From NCBI RefSeq assembly GCF_000195955.2, contig NC_000962.3:360001-392000 (forward strand): a DNA stretch of 32,000 nt, read 5' to 3'. Positions within the stretch are counted from its first letter, which is position 1, and every line of letters starts with the position of its first letter. Below, in pieces: positions 17,840 to 25,172 of this stretch. The stretch is from Mycobacterium tuberculosis H37Rv. GTDB taxonomy: Bacteria > Actinomycetota > Actinomycetes > Mycobacteriales > Mycobacteriaceae. Below the pieces are notes generated by a model, which was given only the letters and a program-made list of their open reading frames with translations, was not told the origin of the DNA and did no database searches. Both the position numbers and the translations under genes were made by a program.

Positions 17840-17871
17840 CGCTGTGCATTTCGCTTTGTCACCGCACAGTG
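17840..17871 (+). terminator. Possible intrinsic terminator hairpin after the PAP2 gene
   Basis: cgctgtgc (17840-17847) pairs with gcacagtg (17864-17871), forming an 8-bp stem with one G-U and a 16-nt loop. It starts 11 nt after the TAA stop. There is no U-tract, so it is weak. Confidence 0.25.
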
Positions 17872-17930
17872 ACCCAGCCGGATTCTAACCTTGACTTGAC
17901 CACACGAGGTGATTGTCTGACGATTGAGCG

Positions 17931-18587
17931 ATGAGCCGACTCCTAGCTTTGCTGTGCGCTGCGGTATGCACGGGCTGCGTTGCTGTGGTTCTCGCGCCAG
18001 TGAGCCTGGCCGTCGTCAACCCGTGGTTCGCGAACTCGGTCGGCAATGCCACTCAGGTGGTTTCGGTGGTGGGAACCGGCGGTTCGACGGCCAAGATGGA
18101 TGTCTACCAACGCACCGCCGCCGGCTGGCAGCCGCTCAAGACCGGTATCACCACCCATATCGGTTCGGCGGGCATGGCGCCGGAAGCCAAGAGCGGATAT
18201 CCGGCCACTCCGATGGGGGTTTACAGCCTGGACTCCGCTTTTGGCACCGCGCCGAATCCCGGTGGCGGGTTGCCGTATACCCAAGTCGGACCCAATCACT
18301 GGTGGAGTGGCGACGACAATAGCCCCACCTTTAACTCCATGCAGGTCTGTCAGAAGTCCCAGTGCCCGTTCAGCACGGCCGACAGCGAGAACCTGCAAAT
18401 CCCGCAGTACAAGCATTCGGTCGTGATGGGCGTCAACAAGGCCAAGGTCCCAGGCAAAGGCTCCGCGTTCTTCTTTCACACCACCGACGGCGGGCCCACC
18501 GCGGGTTGTGTGGCGATCGACGATGCCACGCTGGTGCAGATCATCCGTTGGCTGCGGCCTGGTGCGGTGATCGCGATCGCCAAGTAA
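17931..18587 (+). CDS. Exported YkuD/L,D-transpeptidase-fold protein (Rv0309-like)
   Basis: Signal peptide MSRLLALLCAAVCTGCVAVVLAPVSLA. A C-terminal catalytic-type motif is present: FFFHTTDGGPTAGCVAID (His ... [ST]-x-G-C-[IV]). Confidence 0.8.
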   Translation: MSRLLALLCAAVCTGCVAVVLAPVSLAVVNPWFANSVGNATQVVSVVGTGGSTAKMDVYQRTAAGWQPLKTGITTHIGSAGMAPEAKSGYPATPMGVYSLDSAFGTAPNPGGGLPYTQVGPNHWWSGDDNSPTFNSMQVCQKSQCPFSTADSENLQIPQYKHSVVMGVNKAKVPGKGSAFFFHTTDGGPTAGCVAIDDATLVQIIRWLRPGAVIAIAK

Positions 18588-18656
18588 CCCCGGACCTCGA
18601 TTGTGAACTGTGCGACGGGTTTTCGGCGTGTTGCGTCGTGAGATTCACGTTCGGCG

Positions 18657-19148
18657 TCAATCGGCCAGCGCGCGGCCCGGCCTGATGTTGAAGTTAAGGC
18701 CCGCCAACGACATGGTCGCCTCGTAGGTTCGGTCGTAGCCGGTGGCGCTGATCCGCCAGCCGTCGGTGGTTCGTCGGTACTGGTCGTGGTAGAACGCGGC
18801 GCCGATGAGCATGAAATTGAACTCGGCGACGATGACCCGGTCTTGCAGGTACCAGATGCCGGTTGCGGTATCGCCGGTCACGGTGATTTCCGGATGGGTG
18901 ACCCGGTGTTCGGTGATGACACCCGGGCCGAGTGCCTGGCGCAGGTAGTCGACCAGGTCGGCGCGGTTGGTGAAGTGCAGCTCCGTACCGACCGATGACC
19001 CGTAATCGCCGGTGACATCCTCGGCCAGGGTGTCGGTGAAGTCGTCCCAATGCTTGGTGTCCAATGCCCGCAGATACCGGTATTTGAGCTGTTTGATCGC
19101 TGCAATGTCGGCTGGATCACCCGGAGTCACCACGCCATTGCAGCACAC
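18657..19148 (-). CDS. NTF2/SnoaL-like fold protein (Rv0310c-like)
   Basis: DPADIAAIKQLKYRYLRALDTKHWDDFTDTLAEDVTGDY... is a typical SnoaL-like N-terminus. I chose GTG 19148 as the start because the 210-aa track version would overlap the divergent gene's 5' end. Confidence 0.75.
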   Translation of the reverse strand: MCCNGVVTPGDPADIAAIKQLKYRYLRALDTKHWDDFTDTLAEDVTGDYGSSVGTELHFTNRADLVDYLRQALGPGVITEHRVTHPEITVTGDTATGIWYLQDRVIVAEFNFMLIGAAFYHDQYRRTTDGWRISATGYDRTYEATMSLAGLNFNIRPGRALAD

Positions 19149-19159
19149 CGGCTCACGGG

Positions 19160-19165
19160 TAGCTT
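19160..19165 (+). promoter_or_regulatory. -10-like hexamer TAGCTT, 6 nt upstream of ATG 19172 (candidate leaderless promoter)
   Basis: The hexamer matches TANNNT. The spacing to the start codon equals the usual -10-to-TSS distance, and there is no SD. Confidence 0.35.
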
Positions 19166-19171
19166 TGGGGT

Positions 19172-20401
19172 ATGAGCCAATCCCGGTACGCGGGGTTGTC
19201 CCGCAGCGAGCTGGCAGTTCTGTTACCCGAGCTGTTGTTGATCGGCCAGCTGATCGACCGATCGGGCATGGCCTGGTGTATACAGGCATTCGGCCGCCAG
19301 GAGATGCTGCAGATCGCCATCGAGGAGTGGGCGGGCGCCAGCCCGATCTACACCAAGCGCATGCAAAAGGCGCTGAACTTCGAGGGCGACGACGTGCCCA
19401 CCATCTTCAAGGGGCTACAGCTCGACATCGGCGCGCCGCCGCAATTCATGGACTTCCGTTTCACCCTGCACGACCGCTGGCACGGCGAGTTTCACCTCGA
19501 CCACTGCGGTGCGCTGCTCGACGTGGAGCCGATGGGCGACGACTACGTCGTCGGCATGTGCCACACCATCGAAGATCCGACGTTCGACGCCACCGCGATC
19601 GCGACCAACCCGCGCGCGCAGGTGCGCCCCATCCACCGGCCGCCCCGCAAGCCGGCCGACCGGCATCCGCACTGTGCGTGGACCGTCATCATCGACGAGT
19701 CCTATCCCGAGGCTGAGGGTATTCCGGCGCTGGACGCGGTCCGTGAAACCAAAGCTGCCACCTGGGAATTAGACAACGTCGATGCGTCTGACGACGGGCT
19801 GGTGGACTATTCGGGTCCGCTGGTGTCCGACCTGGACTTCGGGGCGTTCTCGCATTCCGCACTGGTGCGGATGGCCGATGAGGTCTGCCTGCAAATGCAC
19901 CTGCTGAATCTGTCGTTCGCCATTGCCGTGCGGAAACGGGCCAAAGCCGATGCTCAACTGGCCATTTCGGTGAACACCCGCCAGTTGATCGGAGTGGCCG
20001 GGCTGGGCGCAGAACGCATTCACCGTGCGATGGCTTTACCCGGCGGAATCGAAGGCGCGTTAGGTGTGCTGGAGCTACACCCGCTGCTCAACCCGGCCGG
20101 TTACGTGCTGGCCGAAACGTCGCCGGACCGTCTGGTGGTGCACAACTCGCCAGCCCACGCCGACGGCGCCTGGATTTCGTTGTGCACACCGGCATCCGTG
20201 CAGCCGTTGCAGGCCATCGCCACCGCTGTAGACCCGCATCTGAAGGTTCGGATCAGCGGGACGGACACCGACTGGACCGCGGAACTCATCGAGGCCGATG
20301 CCCCAGCGAGCGAACTGCCGGAGGTGTTGGTAGCCAAGGTCAGTCGCGGATCGGTCTTCCAGTTCGAGCCGAGGCGCTCACTGCCGTTGACCGTGAAATG
20401 A
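19172..20401 (+). CDS. Conserved hypothetical protein, 409 aa, unknown function (Rv0311-like)
   Basis: A long ORF with mycobacterial composition and no competing frame. I recognise no family. A His/Cys cluster is present: HLDHCG, GMCHTIEDP, RHPHCAW. Confidence 0.8.
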   Translation: MSQSRYAGLSRSELAVLLPELLLIGQLIDRSGMAWCIQAFGRQEMLQIAIEEWAGASPIYTKRMQKALNFEGDDVPTIFKGLQLDIGAPPQFMDFRFTLHDRWHGEFHLDHCGALLDVEPMGDDYVVGMCHTIEDPTFDATAIATNPRAQVRPIHRPPRKPADRHPHCAWTVIIDESYPEAEGIPALDAVRETKAATWELDNVDASDDGLVDYSGPLVSDLDFGAFSHSALVRMADEVCLQMHLLNLSFAIAVRKRAKADAQLAISVNTRQLIGVAGLGAERIHRAMALPGGIEGALGVLELHPLLNPAGYVLAETSPDRLVVHNSPAHADGAWISLCTPASVQPLQAIATAVDPHLKVRISGTDTDWTAELIEADAPASELPEVLVAKVSRGSVFQFEPRRSLPLTVK

Positions 20402-20555
20402 GCTCGATGCGATCTGTCAAGTCGGTGGCGGTACCGCTTCGGTGACACCACCGCATCGACCGCATACCAATGAGGTTGTCACCGAACCGTATACGGCCCA
20501 CCCGCCGCTATGGTTAACGCTGGCCACCGACCCCTATTGACGAAAGCCTTCCGCT

Positions 20556-22418
20556 ATGTACGACCCGCTGGGGTTGTCGATCGGGACCACAAACCTGGTC
20601 GCGGCGGGTAACGGAGGTCCGCCGGTTACTCGTCGCGCCGTGCTGACCCTGTACCCGCATTGCGCACCGAAAATCGGTGTGCCTAGCCAGAACCCGAACT
20701 TGATCGAGCCGGGCGCCCTAATGAGCGGCTTTGTTGAGCGCATTGGAGATGCGGTGGCGCTGGTGTCTCCCGACGGATCCGTGCACGATCCAGACCTCTT
20801 GCTGGTCGAGGCGCTGGATGCGATGGTGCTGACCGCCGGTGCGGACGCGAGTTCCTCGGAGATCGCCATTGCCGTTCCCGCGCATTGGAAGCCCGGAGCT
20901 GTACACGCACTGCGTAACGGTTTGCGGACGCACGTCGGCTTCGTCCGCAGCGGCATGGCGCCGCGCCTGGTTTCCGATGCGATCGCGGCGTTGACCGCGG
21001 TGAACTCGGAATTGGGCCTGCCCCACGGCAGTGTGGTGGGGTTGCTTGATTTCGGTGGCTCCGCGACTTACGTCACCTTGGTGGAGACCAAGTCGGATTC
21101 CAGGACGTCGGATTTCCAGCCCGTTAGTGCCACGGCACGGTACCAGGACTTTTCCGGTAGTCAGATCGACCAGGCTTTGCTGCTTCGGGTCATCGACCAA
21201 TTCGGGTACGGCGATGACGTCGATCCGGCCAGTACCGCCGCGGTCGGGCAACTCGGCCAACTCAGGGAGCAGTGCCGTGCGGCAAAGGAACGACTGTCCA
21301 CCGACGTTGCCACGGAATTGTTCGCTGAGCTTGCCGGGTGCAGCTCGAGCATCGAGATGACTCGGGAACAGCTCGAAGACCTGATCCAGGATCCATTGAC
21401 CGGCTTCATCTACGCGTTCGACGACATGCTGGCGCGCCACAACGCGAGCTGGGCGGATCTCGCGGCGGTGGTCACCGTCGGCGGTGGTGCCAATATTCCC
21501 CTTGTGACTCAACGTCTTTCGTTCCACACTCGTCGACCTGTGCTGACCGCGTCGCAACCCGGGTGCGCGGCGGCGATGGGTGCGTTGCTGCTCGCCAACC
21601 GTGGGGGAGAGCGCGATTCGCGAACGCGGACGTCCATCGGCCTCGCCACGGCCGCAGCCGCCGGCACCAGTGTCATCGAGCTGCCGGCCGGCGACGTCAT
21701 GGTCATCGACCATGAGGCCTTGACCGATCGCGAGTTGGCCTGGTCGCAGACCGACTTCCCAAGCGAAGCTCCGGCGCGTTTCGAGGGCGACTCGTATAAC
21801 GAAGGCGGCCCCTGCTGGTCGATGCGTCTGAACGCGGTCGAGCCCCCCAAAGGACCAGCGTGGCGGCGAATCCGGGTGTCGCAGTTGCTCATCGGGGTGT
21901 CGGCGGTAGTGGCCATGACCGCGATCGGGGGCGTGGCATTGACGTTGACAGCCATCGAGAGACGCCCAAGCCCGCTACCAACCCCAATTGTGCCCGGCCT
22001 GGCCCCGATGCCGCCCGGATCCGTCGTGCCTAGCTCGCGCGCACCGACCCCGCCGCCACCGCCGTCGACCGTTGCGCCGCTTCCCAGTGCGGCACCGGCC
22101 CCGACGACGGTCGCGCCGGCACCGCCGCCGCCCACACAGGTGGTGACGACCACGACAGCGCCACCCGTCACCACGACGCCGAGGCCGTCGCCGACCACCA
22201 CAACGACCACCGCGCCACCGTCGACAACGACGACAACCGAGCCGCCGGTGACGACCACTTCGACGATTCCAACGATTCCGACGACTACGACGACGGTGAA
22301 GATGACCACGGAGTGGTTGCACGTCCCGTTTTTGCCCGTTCCGATCCCGGTCCCGATTCCGCAAAATCCGGGTGCCGGCGAACCGCAGAACCCGTTCGGA
22401 AGCCTTGGCTCTGGGTGA
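20556..22418 (+). CDS. Membrane-anchored Hsp70/actin-fold ATPase-like protein with C-terminal Pro/Thr-rich region (Rv0312-like)
   Basis: 620 aa with nucleotide-binding signatures GLSIGTTNLVAA, GLLDFGGSATYVTLVE and VVTVGGGANIPLVTQRL...CAAAMGALLLA. A TM helix (LLIGVSAVVAMTAIGGVALTLTAI) is encoded at ~21876-21956, and a PT-rich tract at ~21963-22310. Confidence 0.85.
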   Translation: MYDPLGLSIGTTNLVAAGNGGPPVTRRAVLTLYPHCAPKIGVPSQNPNLIEPGALMSGFVERIGDAVALVSPDGSVHDPDLLLVEALDAMVLTAGADASSSEIAIAVPAHWKPGAVHALRNGLRTHVGFVRSGMAPRLVSDAIAALTAVNSELGLPHGSVVGLLDFGGSATYVTLVETKSDSRTSDFQPVSATARYQDFSGSQIDQALLLRVIDQFGYGDDVDPASTAAVGQLGQLREQCRAAKERLSTDVATELFAELAGCSSSIEMTREQLEDLIQDPLTGFIYAFDDMLARHNASWADLAAVVTVGGGANIPLVTQRLSFHTRRPVLTASQPGCAAAMGALLLANRGGERDSRTRTSIGLATAAAAGTSVIELPAGDVMVIDHEALTDRELAWSQTDFPSEAPARFEGDSYNEGGPCWSMRLNAVEPPKGPAWRRIRVSQLLIGVSAVVAMTAIGGVALTLTAIERRPSPLPTPIVPGLAPMPPGSVVPSSRAPTPPPPPSTVAPLPSAAPAPTTVAPAPPPPTQVVTTTTAPPVTTTPRPSPTTTTTTAPPSTTTTTEPPVTTTSTIPTIPTTTTTVKMTTEWLHVPFLPVPIPVPIPQNPGAGEPQNPFGSLGSG

Positions 22419-22489
22419 GCCGCGTTCCCCGGAGCTGGCCCCGTCGGTGTCAGGTCCGTAGTATCGGTATGGGTTGCTGAGGAGGTCGC

Positions 22490-22876
22490 GTGGGCGACTA
22501 TGGTCCGTTTGGATTCGATCCCGACGAATTCGATCGGGTGATCCGGGAGGGGAGCGAGGGACTGCGCGACGCGTTCGAGCGGATCGGCAGGTTCCTCAGC
22601 TCATCCGGCGCGGGAACGGGCTGGTCGGCAATCTTCGAGGACTTGTCCCGGCGCTCGCGTCCGGCGCCGGAGACCGCCGGCGAGGCCGGTGACGGTGTGT
22701 GGGCCATCTATACGGTGGACGCCGACGGTGGTGCCCGCGTTGAACAGGTGTATGCGACCGAGCTTGACGCCCTGCGCGCGAACAAGGACAACACCGACCC
22801 GAAACGCAAAGTCCGCTTCCTGCCATACGGCATCGCGGTCAGCGTCCTCGACGATCCGGTGGACGAGGCCCAGTAA
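22490..22876 (+). CDS. Small acidic conserved hypothetical protein, 128 aa (Rv0313-like)
   Basis: GTG 22490 is preceded by a strong SD, GAGGAGG (22479-22485), and a TAGTAT hexamer (22459-22464). No family recognised. Confidence 0.75.
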   Translation: MGDYGPFGFDPDEFDRVIREGSEGLRDAFERIGRFLSSSGAGTGWSAIFEDLSRRSRPAPETAGEAGDGVWAIYTVDADGGARVEQVYATELDALRANKDNTDPKRKVRFLPYGIAVSVLDDPVDEAQ

Positions 22877-22878
22877 CG

Positions 22879-23541
22879 TCAGCCCTGCTGGACGCTGTTG
22901 GAACCGCCGGCATTGCTGATCTTCGGCGAGCCCGAGTGATACGTGACCTCGTTGTTGAAGCCGGCGGCTTCGATGGTGTCGACGGAGTCGACGGTGACCG
23001 AGTTCCTCATGCCGGACACGGTGAGGCTGGTGCAGTGGCCGGTGATCACCACCGTGTTGGACATGCCGCTGACGCTGACAATGCTGTCGTTGCAGGCGAT
23101 TGTCCGGTTCACGTTGACGCCGGAGACGCTCAGGCTGGCGCCGGCCGGCGGAAGAGTGGTGGCCGGTTGCGCAGTCGGGGTTGGAACAGCCCGGGAGACA
23201 GACGGGGTGGGCGAGAGAACGACGAAGTTGCCTTGGGAAAGCCGCTGTGCGCTGAATGCGGCGATGCCACCCACCAGAACCAGCACGCCGACAACGACGA
23301 CCGCGGCCAGGATCCACCACGCCCTGTTGCCGGAGGACGATCGCGGCGATGGGCCGCCGAACGGGCCGCCATAGCTATACGGCGGCGGTGGCGGGCCGGG
23401 TGGATAGGTGTAGCCGCCCGACTGCGAGCCGCCGAGTTCGGAGGCGCGTGCCACGTCGGCTAGCGGCCGCTCCAGTTCCCGGATTCGCGCCTCCGGGTCA
23501 TCCTCTGGGTTCATGCACAGATGCTCCCACACGACGATCAT
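22879..23541 (-). CDS. Single-pass membrane protein with Pro/Gly/Tyr-rich N-terminal region and DUF3060-like C-terminal repeat domain (Rv0314c-like)
   Basis: The TM helix is WWILAAVVVVGVLVLVGGIAAF. The C-terminus has repeated V.G..N.V.I.G.C..L.V.G..N.V.V motifs. The start is ATG 23541 or, better supported by a GGGAG SD, ATG 23514 (MNPEDDPEARI...). The track's 450-aa version runs antisense through the glucanase gene and is rejected. Confidence 0.75.
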   Translation of the reverse strand: MIVVWEHLCMNPEDDPEARIRELERPLADVARASELGGSQSGGYTYPPGPPPPPYSYGGPFGGPSPRSSSGNRAWWILAAVVVVGVLVLVGGIAAFSAQRLSQGNFVVLSPTPSVSRAVPTPTAQPATTLPPAGASLSVSGVNVNRTIACNDSIVSVSGMSNTVVITGHCTSLTVSGMRNSVTVDSVDTIEAAGFNNEVTYHSGSPKISNAGGSNSVQQG

Positions 23542-23601
23542 GCCGCATAGGTAGTTGCGCCCGGCGGCACCACACGATTCGGCTTGGCCTGCTATCGTCC
23601 C

Positions 23602-24486
23602 ATGCTTATGCCTGAGATGGATCGTCGCCGAATGATGATGATGGCGGGGTTCGGCGCCCTGGCTGCCGCGCTTCCCGCCCCGACAGCCTGGGCCGACCCG
23701 TCCCGGCCGGCCGCGCCGGCTGGTCCGACACCGGCGCCCGCCGCGCCGGCTGCGGCAACCGGTGGGCTTTTGTTCCACGACGAGTTCGACGGGCCGGCCG
23801 GTTCGGTCCCGGACCCGTCCAAGTGGCAGGTGTCGAACCACCGGACGCCCATCAAGAACCCGGTGGGCTTTGACCGGCCCCAGTTTTTTGGGCAGTACCG
23901 CGACAGTCGACAGAACGTGTTCCTCGACGGCAACTCCAATCTCGTGCTGCGCGCTACCCGAGAGGGCAACAGGTATTTCGGTGGCCTGGTCCACGGCCTG
24001 TGGCGGGGTGGCATCGGGACCACCTGGGAGGCCCGGATCAAGTTCAACTGCCTGGCTCCGGGCATGTGGCCCGCCTGGTGGTTGTCCAATGACGATCCTG
24101 GTCGCAGCGGCGAAATCGACCTGATCGAGTGGTATGGCAACGGGACTTGGCCGTCGGGAACCACCGTGCACGCCAACCCGGACGGCACCGCATTCGAGAC
24201 CTGCCCGATCGGTGTGGACGGTGGTTGGCACAACTGGCGCGTCACGTGGAATCCGAGCGGCATGTACTTCTGGCTGGATTACGCCGACGGCATTGAGCCC
24301 TACTTCTCGGTTCCGGCGACCGGAATCGAAGACCTCAACGAGCCCATCCGCGAGTGGCCGTTCAACGACCCCGGCTACAAGGTGTTTCCGGTGTTGAACC
24401 TTGCGGTTGGCGGTTCTGGTGGCGGCGATCCCGCGACGGGTTCCTATCCACAGGAGATGCTCGTCGACTGGGTGCGCGTCTTTTAA
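23602..24486 (+). CDS. Secreted GH16-family beta-1,3-glucanase-like protein with Tat signal (Rv0315-like)
   Basis: The N-terminus MLMPEMDRRRMMMMAGFGALAAALPAPTAWA has a twin-Arg motif and an AxA cleavage site. The GH16 catalytic motif E-I-D-L-I-E (SGEIDLIEWYG) is intact. Confidence 0.88.
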   Translation: MLMPEMDRRRMMMMAGFGALAAALPAPTAWADPSRPAAPAGPTPAPAAPAAATGGLLFHDEFDGPAGSVPDPSKWQVSNHRTPIKNPVGFDRPQFFGQYRDSRQNVFLDGNSNLVLRATREGNRYFGGLVHGLWRGGIGTTWEARIKFNCLAPGMWPAWWLSNDDPGRSGEIDLIEWYGNGTWPSGTTVHANPDGTAFETCPIGVDGGWHNWRVTWNPSGMYFWLDYADGIEPYFSVPATGIEDLNEPIREWPFNDPGYKVFPVLNLAVGGSGGGDPATGSYPQEMLVDWVRVF

Positions 24487-24534
24487 CGCCTCGCGCTCTT
24501 GCCCGGGGTGCTACCCGGCTTGCTCGGAGAAAGC

Positions 24535-25149
24535 ATGGAGTTTTTGGTCACCATGACCACCCGCGTTCCCGATAGCATGCCCGCGGACGCAGTCGAGCGG
24601 GTCCGTGCCCGCGAGGCTGCCCGCTCGCGCGAGCTCGCGGCACAGGGAAAGCTACTCCGCCTGTGGCGCCCGCCGCTGCGGCCGGGCGAATGGCGCACCC
24701 TGGGGCTGTTCGCCGCCGACGACAACGGCGAACTGGAGCAGCTGCTGGCCTCGATGCCGCCGCGGTCGTGGCGCACCGACGACGTCACGCCGCTGGGTGC
24801 TCACCCGAACGACCCGGTTGGCCAGGGGATAACCATCGCGCCGGGTAAGGGTCCGGAGTTTCTGATCGCGACGACCATTATGGTGCCACCGGGTACCCCG
24901 GCTCAGGTGGTCGACGACACCGTGGCGCGCGAGGCTCGCCGCGCGCCCGAGCTGGCCGGGCGGGGACACCTGGTGCGGTTGTGGGCACTACCCGACGGAC
25001 CGGACGGCCAGCGCACCCTGGGGCTGTGGCGGGCTCGCGACCCTGGCGAGCTGATGGCCATCCTGGAATCGCTACCGCTTGCTGGCTGGATGACCATCGA
25101 GACCACGCCGCTGAGTCCGCATCCCGATGATCCGATCCGCATGCCCTGA
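24535..25149 (+). CDS. Tandem-duplicated muconolactone-isomerase-like protein (Rv0316-like)
   Basis: 204 aa made of two homologous ~95-aa halves: EFLVTMTTRVP...RLWRPP...RTLGLFAADDNGELEQLLASMP...TPLGAHPNDP versus EFLIATTIMVP...RLWALP...RTLGLWRARDPGELMAILESLP...TPLSPHPDDP. The SD GGAGAAAG precedes ATG 24535. Confidence 0.82.
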   Translation: MEFLVTMTTRVPDSMPADAVERVRAREAARSRELAAQGKLLRLWRPPLRPGEWRTLGLFAADDNGELEQLLASMPPRSWRTDDVTPLGAHPNDPVGQGITIAPGKGPEFLIATTIMVPPGTPAQVVDDTVAREARRAPELAGRGHLVRLWALPDGPDGQRTLGLWRARDPGELMAILESLPLAGWMTIETTPLSPHPDDPIRMP

Positions 25150-25172
25150 CCGTTTCCGGTGTCGCCGGGCTC

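Noticed and set aside
18588-18656. Imperfect hairpin between convergent genes (gtgaa/cgacg ... cgtcg/ttcac; 18603-18648) as a bidirectional terminator; similar weak hairpins at 20423-20453 and 29219-29239
   Set aside because: The stems are only 5-6 bp, interrupted by large internal loops, with no U-tract. This is not distinguishable from chance in GC-rich DNA.
22879-24231. 450-aa minus-strand ORF extending the DUF3060-like gene through the whole glucanase gene
   Set aside because: The extension is antisense to a well-supported GH16 ORF and is Arg/Gly/Pro-rich junk. The membrane protein begins sensibly at 23541 or 23514.
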